IMG/VR virus record: IMGVR_UViG_3300009597_000030
Location: 1 to 38,627 of that record
DNA: 38,627 nt
DNA from: a virus
Taxonomy: Duplodnaviria > Caudoviricetes
Strand: one strand, 5' to 3'
The first letter of the stretch is position 1. Every line of letters starts with the position of its first letter. The notes under the pieces were generated by a model that was given only the letters and a program-made list of their open reading frames with translations, was not told the DNA's origin and did not search any database. The translations under genes were made by a program, and so were the position numbers. Below are positions 9,223 through 18,357 of this stretch, one piece after another.

Positions 9223-9262
9223 GTATTAGGTGCTCGGACTGGTCAGAGTTGCGTGAAGGTGT

Positions 9263-9475
9263 GTGATGGAGCTCGAAAGCCCGGTAATCGACCTGGAGCC
9301 GCATGAATGGCGGCGGAACGACAGGTCGTGGTTAGAAGATGCCTATGAGCCGCCGATCTATTGGGGCAGCCTCGTTATCTTTCTATTCACCTGTGCGATC
9401 GTCTTCTGGGCGCACTGGTACGTCTACCCCAACCGGCCGCCTATTGACCTGGGTTGGCTGGGAACAATTTATTGA
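9263..9475 (+). CDS. Small membrane protein inserted antisense in the virion operon
   Basis: 70 aa with a single TM segment (IYWGSLVIFLFTCAIVFWAHW). Overlaps the 3' end of the large ejection protein convergently. Confidence 0.6.
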   Translation: MMELESPVIDLEPHEWRRNDRSWLEDAYEPPIYWGSLVIFLFTCAIVFWAHWYVYPNRPPIDLGWLGTIY

Positions 9476-11687
9476 CGACATTCCCGACGACAGGCGTCCT
9501 GCGCGCCACGTCCTCGCCCACACCGTAAGCCTCATTGCTCCAGAACTTCTGATGGGCTGCCATGCGCGCCGCGATTCTCTGCGCCGCCCCCTGGCGCATG
9601 TTCAATAGCTGGATTGCCCTCTTCATCTTCGTCGGGTCGTTGGAGAGCAGCAGCTCGCCGATCTTGTCGGCAACCTTCTCGTTAATGCCCTTCTCGGCGG
9701 AGATTGCCTGACGCAGCCAGGTGGCGCCGGCCTTGATTGGCATGCCCTGCATGAACTGCGTGAAGACGTCCGGCGATATCCCGTTCTGCAGATCGCCCAG
9801 GTTGGCCATCTGCTGCGCCGTTGTCGAATTGCCGCCCACGCTCTCGGCGGTCCTCGCCATGGCGTTCTCTTTGAACAATGTCGCCCGAAAGCGGCGGAAG
9901 GCCGGCTCGTCCTGGAATGCCGCCCGCAGGGTTTTCTGGATCTTGTCGGTGCCGAAGACGGTCTTGAGGACGTCACGAGAGCTGCGGAAGTCGGTCGCGC
10001 CCTTTGCCTCCATCTGGTCCTGGATGGCGCGTGCGAGCCCTACCTGCACCATTTCCTGCTCGCCCGGCGTCATCCCGCGCAAAGCTTCACGCATGTCGTC
10101 GGCGGTCATTTTGAAGGCGTCGCGACCGACCTCCAGCGCCCGCTCTATCTCATGCGAGGATGAGTATATCCCCCGCGCGCGCTTGTAGTCGGGGGAGGCC
10201 CTGTCCATCGCCTTCAGGAGTTCCCGCTGGACACCGAGCATCTCACGCGCTTTGTTGTTGTCGCCGGAGCGCAGTGCGCTGCTGATACCGTCGTCGATTT
10301 CCATCTTGACCCGGTGCAATTGCTCCAGGTCGGTGCGCTGGCCCTTTGCCGCCTGGAAATACCCGCGCAGCTTTGTCAGGGTCGCGGTAATGCCGTCCGG
10401 GCGCAGACCGGACATGGCGCTGATGCTACCGGGCTTGACGATCTTGTCGATGTGGCTGACGACGCCGCTGACGTTCACCGGCTGCTTTTTGGCGAAGGCC
10501 TGCTTGTAGAGCGGGCTGGCAATCTTCTCCCGCTCCGCCGCCATACGCGCCGTGGTGCGCCCAAAGTCGGCCGGATCTTTCAGGACGCTTTTGACGGCGT
10601 CCACGATGCGCTGCGGCTGCCGAAGATTGCGCTCCCGCACGAAGCTGGTGATGCGCTCGCGCGCCGCGCCGGGGACATTGACCGTCGTGCGAGCGAGCCC
10701 TTGCACGTTGGCTCCGCCCACGTCGGCGAGCACCATTTCCGGGCCACCGGCACGCAGCCTTGCCTCGGCGTCTGCCAGGGGCACCCGGTCACGCTCGAAC
10801 TGCCTGGCCACATGCTTGACGCCCTGTGCCTCCGGCCGCATCCGGTTGGCTGCCGCCGTTGCCACAGGCGAAAGCAGGCGCGTCCCGAGCCCGACACCGC
10901 CCTCGATGGCGGAGGAAAGGCCCATGCTCGTCAGCCCGCCGCCGAGCACGCCCTCCATCGCATTGAAGGCGCGCTCCTTGACCCCCTCGCCCTCGCCTGC
11001 CCCGGAGAGCCCGCCCAGCACCTCGCCGGCAACGGTGGCCTGCCCCAGGCGGCCGATCGAGCCCTTGGTGGGCAGGAAGGTCTTGGCGACGTTTGCCGCG
11101 GGCGCGCCACGCACACCGAATGCCGCGGCACCTCCAGCCGGCGCGGTGGCTGCAATGCCCAGCGCCTGCCCGCCGATGTCCCCCCACGGATTTTCAGCCC
11201 GGTATTTGTCCTGCGCCGCGTGCTCCATGAAGCGTGCGCGTTTATTTGCTTCCTCAAGAGAGATGTCCGGCCGGACACCTGCCTTGCCGAGGCCATAACG
11301 TCCAATGGTGCCGCCTGCGATCGCATACTCATCCCCGAACGGCAGGCTGGAGATCATATTCTGCATGAAGCCGTATTGCGCCGGCTCGGGGACCGGGAAC
11401 GGCTGGCTGGCGCGCGGATCAGCCGCCGCCTCGAAAGCTTGCGTGACCCTCGATCTTTCCATCGTCGGCGGCCCGCCAGTTGCCGCCGGAGGCTCGACCA
11501 CGCCGGTCTTCGCGTCGGGCATCTGCGCACCGACGCGCCGGGCGAGTTCATTCTTGGCCCGCAAGCGCCGCAGGCGTTCGATGGTGGCGGGATCGGTGAT
11601 GGAGCTTCTTGGGGCAGACGGCGCGGCCTGCTGCTGTCCCGCCAGGGCCTTCAGCCGGGCGATGGTGGCGGGATCGGTGATGGGCAT
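9441..11687 (-). CDS. Large internal virion / DNA ejection protein (P22 gp16 position)
   Basis: 748 aa, Ala/Gly-rich hydrophobic N-part and helical C-part. Third of three genes after the gp10-like gene. Confidence 0.7.
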   Translation of the reverse strand: MPITDPATIARLKALAGQQQAAPSAPRSSITDPATIERLRRLRAKNELARRVGAQMPDAKTGVVEPPAATGGPPTMERSRVTQAFEAAADPRASQPFPVPEPAQYGFMQNMISSLPFGDEYAIAGGTIGRYGLGKAGVRPDISLEEANKRARFMEHAAQDKYRAENPWGDIGGQALGIAATAPAGGAAAFGVRGAPAANVAKTFLPTKGSIGRLGQATVAGEVLGGLSGAGEGEGVKERAFNAMEGVLGGGLTSMGLSSAIEGGVGLGTRLLSPVATAAANRMRPEAQGVKHVARQFERDRVPLADAEARLRAGGPEMVLADVGGANVQGLARTTVNVPGAARERITSFVRERNLRQPQRIVDAVKSVLKDPADFGRTTARMAAEREKIASPLYKQAFAKKQPVNVSGVVSHIDKIVKPGSISAMSGLRPDGITATLTKLRGYFQAAKGQRTDLEQLHRVKMEIDDGISSALRSGDNNKAREMLGVQRELLKAMDRASPDYKRARGIYSSSHEIERALEVGRDAFKMTADDMREALRGMTPGEQEMVQVGLARAIQDQMEAKGATDFRSSRDVLKTVFGTDKIQKTLRAAFQDEPAFRRFRATLFKENAMARTAESVGGNSTTAQQMANLGDLQNGISPDVFTQFMQGMPIKAGATWLRQAISAEKGINEKVADKIGELLLSNDPTKMKRAIQLLNMRQGAAQRIAARMAAHQKFWSNEAYGVGEDVARRTPVVGNVVNKLFPANPGQ

Positions 11688-11690
11688 GGA

Positions 11691-12719
11691 CTACTCGACC
11701 CAGTCCGGCGTTCCGTCAGGCAGGATGATGAACCACCTGTTGTCGTCAGGGCTCCAGGTGGCGCCGGGGACAGGCGGACTGCCGGGCGGCGGCCGGGCCT
11801 GCTGCTGTGGAGCGGGGGCGCCGGCGCTTTCAACACCGGTCGTCTCCCCGGCGCGGATCTTGATGGCATCAGCCATCAGCTTAATGCGTGCTCTCTTGTC
11901 GGCAGTCGTTGTCGCGTCCTCGCCCAGCTTGGGCATCAGGATGTCGGTCTGCGTCTCCACCTCACCGGGGTTAGCCGTCGCTCCCGACACGCTGTAGAGG
12001 TAGCTGGAGATGACTGTTCTGAGGGCATCGCGAGCGCGCTGGTATCCGGGGGACACGGCATAGTTCTGATACTTCTCCGGCGTGAGGCCGGCGCCGATCT
12101 GGTTCTCAGGCTTCGCCAGGTCCGCGAACGTGGTGTCGAGGATCGTCAGTTGCGGCGAGACGACTGAGAGAAGCTGCCGGTTTTTCAGCATGTCTTCAGT
12201 CGGTGGTTTTGGCTGTTTTGGCGGCACCGGCTTCGGAGCCTCGGGCGGCGCAGTGACGATCGGCTCCATCGTCTCGGGGTCGTAGACTGTGTCGTTGACG
12301 ACGATGGGGCGCTCGCGCTTTGGCGGCGTGCCGGGGACAACCTCGCGCGGCGCTTCCCCTGCGACAGTGGGCTCCGTGTATATGCTGCCGCCCGGGCCAG
12401 TCATAAATTGCGGCTTGCCGCGCAGGTATGCGTTTTGCGTCTGCGTTTCCGCCAGCCGCGCCAGGGTCATGGCGGTGTCCATGTCGCCGCCGCTCTGCAG
12501 GATCTGCCCGGCCGCAGCCATGTAGTCCGGCAGGCCGTCCGGCCCGGTCGGCATACCGCCCGCGAACGCCGCGCGCGTGGCGCGGTCGCTCCGGCGCTTC
12601 TGGCCGAACTCCATGCCCTGCTGCAGCGCGTCGCCCAGCCCGGAAATGGAGCCCTCGATGTCAATGTTGGGCCGCTGCTGCTGCTGGATCGGCATGTAGG
12701 GAGGGACAGAGATCGGCAT
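11691..12719 (-). CDS. Internal virion / ejection protein (P22 gp20 position)
   Basis: 342 aa, Pro/Gln-rich, with SGATANPGEVE motif. Assigned mainly by synteny. Confidence 0.65.
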   Translation of the reverse strand: MPISVPPYMPIQQQQRPNIDIEGSISGLGDALQQGMEFGQKRRSDRATRAAFAGGMPTGPDGLPDYMAAAGQILQSGGDMDTAMTLARLAETQTQNAYLRGKPQFMTGPGGSIYTEPTVAGEAPREVVPGTPPKRERPIVVNDTVYDPETMEPIVTAPPEAPKPVPPKQPKPPTEDMLKNRQLLSVVSPQLTILDTTFADLAKPENQIGAGLTPEKYQNYAVSPGYQRARDALRTVISSYLYSVSGATANPGEVETQTDILMPKLGEDATTTADKRARIKLMADAIKIRAGETTGVESAGAPAPQQQARPPPGSPPVPGATWSPDDNRWFIILPDGTPDWVE

Positions 12720-12723
12720 TGAC

Positions 12724-13407
12724 TTACCCTCCGAAGCCGCCGCCGCCGCCGCCCATACCCAGCAGCCTGGTGCCGAGCTTCAGCCCGCCCATGATGCCGC
12801 CGAAGATGTTCGCCCCGGTCTGGTCCTTGCCCATCTGGTAATTGCCGCGCGCCCCGGCGATGCCGGTGTCGGCCGCCCAGTTGATGCCGGCGCGATCACC
12901 GGCCAGCCCGAGCAGCCGATCGCCGAGCCCGGTGCTGATCCCCGCCTGGGCGTCCGCCGTATGCATCGCCAGCGGGTCGTAACCGGACAGCCGATCGAGC
13001 CAGCCGCCATACTCCTGGTTTGCGAGCTGGTTGCCGCGGTCCTGCAGCGCCATGGCGGTATTGCCCGAGGCGATGTTGCCGAGCGACGAGGCGTTGCGCA
13101 TGACGCCCTGCATGCCCTGCTTGACGGCGTAGTCGTAGCCCGGGCCTTCCTTGAAAGCCCCCTCCGCCGCCGTCCGCCCGGCGTCACCGCCCAGCCCCAG
13201 CGCATTGGAATACATCTCGCTGCCGGCGTTGTAGCGCGCCGCATACGGGTCGTAGTAGCCGCGCGCGCGGCCATACTGGCCGCGCAGGTCCTTCTCGCCC
13301 GCAGCGAGGCTGCCGAAGGAGCTCCTACGCGCCTTGTCGTAGCCGCGCGTGTATTCGTCGCGCGCGGCCTTTTCGTTCTTGTCGCTAAAAAAGTCGAACA
13401 AGCCCAT
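12724..13407 (-). CDS. DNA transfer (ejection) protein, P22 gp7-like
   Basis: F..GPGYDYAVKQG..GV.RNASSLG...SGNTAMALQD.GNQLANQEYG.WLDRL pattern, Gly-rich. Confidence 0.75.
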   Translation of the reverse strand: MGLFDFFSDKNEKAARDEYTRGYDKARRSSFGSLAAGEKDLRGQYGRARGYYDPYAARYNAGSEMYSNALGLGGDAGRTAAEGAFKEGPGYDYAVKQGMQGVMRNASSLGNIASGNTAMALQDRGNQLANQEYGGWLDRLSGYDPLAMHTADAQAGISTGLGDRLLGLAGDRAGINWAADTGIAGARGNYQMGKDQTGANIFGGIMGGLKLGTRLLGMGGGGGGFGG

Positions 13408-13466
13408 GATATCCCTCGCGAATTGGTTAATCCGCCAATAATAGCCCCGATTTCTGGCGGTATTTC

Positions 13467-13754
13467 TCAGGTGTCGGTCGCGATGGTCTTCGTCACGCCG
13501 TTGTCAAAGCGCACCATCAGGTCGCCCGTGGTGCCGTCCACGTAGAGGAGCGCCTGCCCTGCCGAGGCTGCCGGCGCCGTCATGCCATCCTCCAGCGTCA
13601 GCGAACCGCTCGCCGCCTCCTCACGCAGGCCGCGCAGCACGCTGTCCACGCTTTGAAAGAAAATGAACCATTCGCGCCGCAGCACGCCCGGCTTCTCGAA
13701 CATCGAGACAGTCGGCGGCGGAAGTGGCGCGAGTTCCGAGGTGGCGGTCGGCAT
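13467..13754 (-). CDS. Small virion structural protein
   Basis: TGATG-coupled to the gp10-like gene. Contains LRREWFIFFQSV. Confidence 0.65.
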   Translation of the reverse strand: MPTATSELAPLPPPTVSMFEKPGVLRREWFIFFQSVDSVLRGLREEAASGSLTLEDGMTAPAASAGQALLYVDGTTGDLMVRFDNGVTKTIATDT

Positions 13755-15214
13755 CAGCCCGCCTGCTGCCCGACCGTCATGTCACCGCCTAAAAGCCCTA
13801 CGTAAACAGGATCGGACACCTCAAGCCTCCAACGTCTCCCCTGCGCTGCCGTGCGCCCGGTCCTTAAGACCGTGATCTCGGGATTGGTGTCCTGTCTACC
13901 GATCGAGCGCCACAAGGGATTACCCCACGTCAGCCCGCCGTCGTCGCTCCAGCTAATTTGGACTTGTGGATCCGTTTCAATCGGATCCGCGCCCGGTGCC
14001 CTGCCGGTGCCGGGTACAAAATTGAAATCTGCTCTCGGCACTGCCAAGCCTCTGGGGAAGTCGTGTGTTGGCGCACTCTCAATACGCATAACAAGTGGCG
14101 CATCATCGTCCATGCGTGCATCGCTGGTTATCTCATGCAGCTTGCCGCTGTGCGTGTCTCCTATGAGCCATTTTTCAAAAGCAAAGACGCTATCGCCCGT
14201 GCCGCGCCAGCGCGGTAGAGTTGTTCCATCCCGCAGTTTGCTATGGCGTTCGCTCCACATCTGCGTCGTCAAATTGAACTCCCACGTCCATTGCGGCGAC
14301 GACACCGAGACAAAGGCCGCGCCCGACGTGATGTATGCCTGCGCCTCGATGCCGCTCTTGTCGGCGAGTGCCTCGATGTCGCGGTCCTGGTCCGGCGTCG
14401 AAATGCGTGTCGCCGTGTAGCCGTCGAGGATGTGGATGCCGTTGTCGTCGCCCACCCACACCAGGGCCTTGCCGAAGCCGTCCTGGTAGCCGGCGACGGC
14501 GTAGGGAGCGACGAGGCCGCGGTTGATGACCGCCACGCGCCCGAACGGAAAGCCCTCGGGATTGCCGACGTTGCGATAGACCTCGATCCACGTTTCGCAC
14601 ATCGCGAAGAGGTGCTGGTCGTAGGCGATCAAGCGCCGGAGCTGCCCCGCCTTTGCCTGCGCCGTCGTCACGTCCAGCGGGTTGAAGGCGTCGGCGTCAT
14701 TGATCTGCGAGGCGATGATCGTGCCGAAGCCGTCGGCATAGAACGTGTAGCCGTCCATGAAGACGTTGGTGATTTCCGACATGGCGGGAGGAGAAAAGGC
14801 CGTTATCGTCGACGTGGTGCAGAGGTAGGAGGACGTCGACGTGGTCGCGACCACATGAGGCACCGGCTGCCCGTTGTTGCGCGAGAACTGCACACGATCA
14901 GTGCCGGGAAGATCGCCGGGAACCTTGGTGACCGTGCCGGCCTCGTTCACCGTCACCAAGGTATCATTGAAGGCGACGTAGAGCGTGCTGCCGACGAGGA
15001 TGGCGCCCCGGTAGCCCACCAGCGGCACGCCGCCGGGCGCCGGCAGGTCCGTCACGGCGTTGGTGAATTTGAGCAGGCCGGCACTCGAGACAATCTTCGC
15101 CGGGGAGACGGCGCCCGGTCCGAGCGGCTCCGCATACGCATTGATCAGCCGTCCGGCGCTCTCGTGCGTGCGCCGCCCCGGATAAGAGCCGAGGGGGAAG
15201 GGTATTGGGCTCAT
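13754..15214 (-). CDS. Packaged-DNA stabilisation / tail hub protein (P22 gp10-like)
   Basis: 486 aa. RLINAYAE, FMDGY, WVGDD, RISTP, and C-terminal DPQVQISWSDDGGLTWGN...IGRQ...RRWRLEVSDPV. Confidence 0.85.
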   Translation of the reverse strand: MSPIPFPLGSYPGRRTHESAGRLINAYAEPLGPGAVSPAKIVSSAGLLKFTNAVTDLPAPGGVPLVGYRGAILVGSTLYVAFNDTLVTVNEAGTVTKVPGDLPGTDRVQFSRNNGQPVPHVVATTSTSSYLCTTSTITAFSPPAMSEITNVFMDGYTFYADGFGTIIASQINDADAFNPLDVTTAQAKAGQLRRLIAYDQHLFAMCETWIEVYRNVGNPEGFPFGRVAVINRGLVAPYAVAGYQDGFGKALVWVGDDNGIHILDGYTATRISTPDQDRDIEALADKSGIEAQAYITSGAAFVSVSSPQWTWEFNLTTQMWSERHSKLRDGTTLPRWRGTGDSVFAFEKWLIGDTHSGKLHEITSDARMDDDAPLVMRIESAPTHDFPRGLAVPRADFNFVPGTGRAPGADPIETDPQVQISWSDDGGLTWGNPLWRSIGRQDTNPEITVLRTGRTAAQGRRWRLEVSDPVYVGLLGGDMTVGQQAG

Positions 15215-15219
15215 TGGCT

Positions 15220-15591
15220 CTAGAAATAATTAACGACCATGACGCCGTAGGTCGGGCGGTGGGCGCGCATCACCCGCATTTCGTCCGTGGCGCGCTTGAT
15301 CTTGGCGTTCCAGGTGGAGGGGTCCGCCTCGTTGCCGCGCGGGATGCCATACTGGTCGAGCAGGGCGTCCGCGATCAGCACCGAGACGGGAGTGAAGAAT
15401 TCGTCCGGCACATTGTCGAAGTCGAAGTCACCGAGGATCTCCAGCGCCTGCAGGCGCGCCACGGTCGGCTCGACGTAGCGGTCGACGGTGGCCACGTCCT
15501 CGGGGGACGCCGCCTGCCCCGCCGCGACAAGCGACATTTCGTATAAAACGTTGTCGATCAGGTCGCGTCGGGTGTTGGCGCCGAAGGGCAT
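15220..15591 (-). CDS. Head-tail adaptor (P22 gp4-like)
   Basis: TRRDLIDNVL..MSLVAAGQAASPED N-terminus, ends ..NYF, and lies directly before the gp10-like gene. Confidence 0.7.
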   Translation of the reverse strand: MPFGANTRRDLIDNVLYEMSLVAAGQAASPEDVATVDRYVEPTVARLQALEILGDFDFDNVPDEFFTPVSVLIADALLDQYGIPRGNEADPSTWNAKIKRATDEMRVMRAHRPTYGVMVVNYF

Positions 15592-15594
15592 GGT

Positions 15595-16083
15595 TCAGGC
15601 TCTCTCAGTAGGCTTCGGGACGGTCGTGCCGCCGCCAAGCGCGAGGTATTCGTCGATGTATTCTATCGCCCCGTCACGAGTAGCCAGTGCGTCACCCTCG
15701 CCACCTAGTTTGCGGGCCAGCGCAATGAGCTTCTTGTGGTGCATATCACGCCAATCGGGCGGGATTTCGGTGCCGCCGTTTTCTTCTTCCTCGGGATAAT
15801 CGTCATCCGCCGGCTGGCCGGGCTCGGCAGCCTTGGTTTTGGCCTTGGCCTTGGACTTCCTTGATGCCGGCGTTACTTCCTCGACCGTGAGCGAAGGATG
15901 TGTTCCGGCCTTGATGATCATGTATTCGTAATGACGCCGCATCTCTGCCGTCTCTGCTGCGTCAGGATCGACGAGGACGGGAGTGTTGAGGGAGAAGTCC
16001 AGACCGCCCCAGGTAAACGCCGGAACGTCGCTTCCCTCTTCGATGTCCCCACTGCCGATGAAGGTGATATTAGCCGCTGTCAT
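15595..16083 (-). CDS. Hypothetical head-associated protein with a small C-terminal helical motif
   Basis: GGAGGA RBS. C-terminal IPPDWRDMHHKKLIALARKLGG...AIEYI resembles a helix-extension-helix motif. Confidence 0.7.
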   Translation of the reverse strand: MTAANITFIGSGDIEEGSDVPAFTWGGLDFSLNTPVLVDPDAAETAEMRRHYEYMIIKAGTHPSLTVEEVTPASRKSKAKAKTKAAEPGQPADDDYPEEEENGGTEIPPDWRDMHHKKLIALARKLGGEGDALATRDGAIEYIDEYLALGGGTTVPKPTERA

Positions 16084-16105
16084 TTTCTTGTCCTCCAGAC
16101 CCCAG

Positions 16106-16140
16106 AGAAAAAAGGGCGGCGGTATAACGCGCCGCCGCCT
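16106..16140 (-). terminator. Intrinsic terminator after the capsid gene
   Basis: Minus strand: GGCGGCGG-CGCGTTATA-CCGCCGCC-CTTTTTTCT. Confidence 0.75.
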
Positions 16141-16157
16141 CCTGTTGCTTCAATTCA

Positions 16158-17417
16158 CTAAGTCGGAGTAGCAGCGCTAAAAATTCCCGTAACCACCCCG
16201 GTCTGCACTTTCTTTGTTCCTGGAGTGTCAAAGTTAGCCCGAGGAATGCGGAAGGTTTTTGCGACACCGTAGCACATTTTTACACCAACGCCGCGCACAA
16301 ACTGATAGTCGGTCTGATCGCGGAAAGTCGGGGTTGCCATCTTGCCCCACGCAAACATAACGGCTTGCTGGCCACACAAGAACACCGGAGCCGTACGACT
16401 CGTACCAGCACCGGCGGCATGCAGCTTCCAAGGAGCCGTGACGAAGTTGTCGATCTCCGGCACTTCGCGGATGATGACGCCGTCGTACATCAGATCCCCG
16501 TCCTGGAAGAGCGGGTTGCTGTCCACGTCACGCGGCCGGGCATGCACGTTAATGCCGATAACCGCAGGCGTAGTGGGCATCCCGGTCTGGTTCATGGCGA
16601 GCTTCAATGTCGCGAAGTTGGCAGACCCAGCGAAGCAGACATAATACTCGCGACCGTCAGTGGTCTTATAGGGGCGGATTTTCGGAGCCGCCGTCTTCGC
16701 CCGGTACTTCATCAGTGTCACTGACGCCGGCACGAATGTATCGGCAGTCGTGTCCACCAATGCCATCGCTGCAGCGAAGGTGTTCGCTACACCCGGCGAG
16801 GCGTAGACGTTGCCGATCGCATTACCGAATGCCACGCGGTCAGCATTGTCGCTGACCCATGTATTCAGGGTCGCTGCGGTGATGTCAGTGGCGAACGGAA
16901 TGCCATTGACGCGCCCATTCAGCGTCGTAAGCCCGCCGAGATTTGTCGGAGCCGTCTCGGACGGGAGGTTCATCAGCGCGAGGATGATCTCGTCGCGCTG
17001 CAGGCTCTTGCCCCAATCGGAGAGGAGCGGCTTGGCCTCGCTAAAGATGTCGGCGCTGTCTTTCTGCTCCTCGGCATCGTTCGTGGCAACTGCGTTTCTG
17101 GCCCAGTCGATCCAGACCCGCATGCCGTAGTTGTCGATCTTCTCCTCGTTGCCGGTGAGCGTATCGACACCGTAAGCCTGTGCTGGGGAGCCAAGCGTGG
17201 GGGCCGTTCCTGGTCCGTAGAGCGCCCCGACGAGCGGGAAGTTGATCTGCTCGCCGCCCTTTTTCGCTTCGTTGCGTAGACGGATAATGCTAGTCGCGTC
17301 CGTTCCCATGTAGGGAGAGAAGAGGTTCTCGCGGACGTATTCCCGATTAATCTCTGTCGTATACTGGACCAACTTGTTGTTGGTCTGAATATTCGACATT
17401 ACTGTTGCTGCTGCCAT
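16158..17417 (-). CDS. Major capsid protein (DUF4043 / N4-gp56-like)
   Basis: 419 aa after the scaffold. EYVRENLFSPYMG, GGEQINFPLV, LTGNEEKI, NPLFQDGDL.YDGVIIRE and FLCGQQA..AWG. Confidence 0.88.
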   Translation of the reverse strand: MAAATVMSNIQTNNKLVQYTTEINREYVRENLFSPYMGTDATSIIRLRNEAKKGGEQINFPLVGALYGPGTAPTLGSPAQAYGVDTLTGNEEKIDNYGMRVWIDWARNAVATNDAEEQKDSADIFSEAKPLLSDWGKSLQRDEIILALMNLPSETAPTNLGGLTTLNGRVNGIPFATDITAATLNTWVSDNADRVAFGNAIGNVYASPGVANTFAAAMALVDTTADTFVPASVTLMKYRAKTAAPKIRPYKTTDGREYYVCFAGSANFATLKLAMNQTGMPTTPAVIGINVHARPRDVDSNPLFQDGDLMYDGVIIREVPEIDNFVTAPWKLHAAGAGTSRTAPVFLCGQQAVMFAWGKMATPTFRDQTDYQFVRGVGVKMCYGVAKTFRIPRANFDTPGTKKVQTGVVTGIFSAATPT

Positions 17418-17442
17418 CGTCGTAATCCTTCACGACGGGGGC

Positions 17443-18357
17443 CTATCTTCGATTGAGGCCCGCCGTCACAGATTGGAAAATTCCCGCTTCGTCGGTTGGG
17501 TATTCGTCGCGCGGCCCGCTGGCGGACCCCGGCGCTCTGGCCAAATTCGGAAGCGAGGTGACGTTGGACGGCCTGCTGGTGGCGTCTGTGCGCCACTGAT
17601 CCATGGCCTTCTTGCGGAAGGCGGGATCGTTCAGCAATTTGGCTTCGGCTTCAGCTTCGAGTTTTTGGCGATAGGCGGTTGGATCCGGCCCGATCTCGCG
17701 AAGCGTCTTCTGCTCGCGATACCAGGAAAGGATCGCCTCGCCCTGGTCGTAGGAGTTCCTGACGCGCGCCAGCAGGTGCTCGTCATTGGCATATTGCGGC
17801 GAGTTGAACGCCTCGTATGCCTGGCGGAATTCCTCGCCGTATTGCCTGTCCGCCCGGTGGAGGGAGCGGGCAATGTCGCGTTGCTCGAACTGCTGAAATA
17901 GCCGCTGCTCGATGGCTCGGGCGTATTCTTCCGGCTGCTCGATGAGATCGGGCAGTTTTTCCGGCTGCTGCTGTTGACGTACCTGCCGCATGAAGTGCGC
18001 GAGCTGCGCCTCAAGAGCGCGACTGCGCTCCTCAGCCGCCTGTCTCGCCTGCGCTTCCTCGCGCCTTGCCTGCGCTTCCTCGCGCAGTCGCCAAGAGGGA
18101 ATTGCGTCCTCCGGAGCAGGCTTTTCCTCTGCGGAGGAAAGTGCCCCTTCCGGGGGCGCCTTTTCTCCCGTGACAGGTGCTGGTGTTTCCGCGTCCGCGG
18201 CCTTCGGCAAGAACCGGCCCTGCTCATCGCGTGGCCGATCGCCTTCCGGCTTCGGTTCCTCACTCGGCTGTTCCGGCTCTGCCGGGGGTTGGTCGCTGAG
18301 TGCGGCTGCAAAAACGTCCTTGTCGTCAACAGACAATAGCTCTTCGTCGCCGGCCAT
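17443..18357 (-). CDS. Capsid scaffolding protein
   Basis: Acidic Pro-rich N-terminus with RPRDEQGRF, IPSWRLREE coiled coil, located directly upstream of the capsid gene. Confidence 0.85.
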   Translation of the reverse strand: MAGDEELLSVDDKDVFAAALSDQPPAEPEQPSEEPKPEGDRPRDEQGRFLPKAADAETPAPVTGEKAPPEGALSSAEEKPAPEDAIPSWRLREEAQARREEAQARQAAEERSRALEAQLAHFMRQVRQQQQPEKLPDLIEQPEEYARAIEQRLFQQFEQRDIARSLHRADRQYGEEFRQAYEAFNSPQYANDEHLLARVRNSYDQGEAILSWYREQKTLREIGPDPTAYRQKLEAEAEAKLLNDPAFRKKAMDQWRTDATSRPSNVTSLPNLARAPGSASGPRDEYPTDEAGIFQSVTAGLNRR

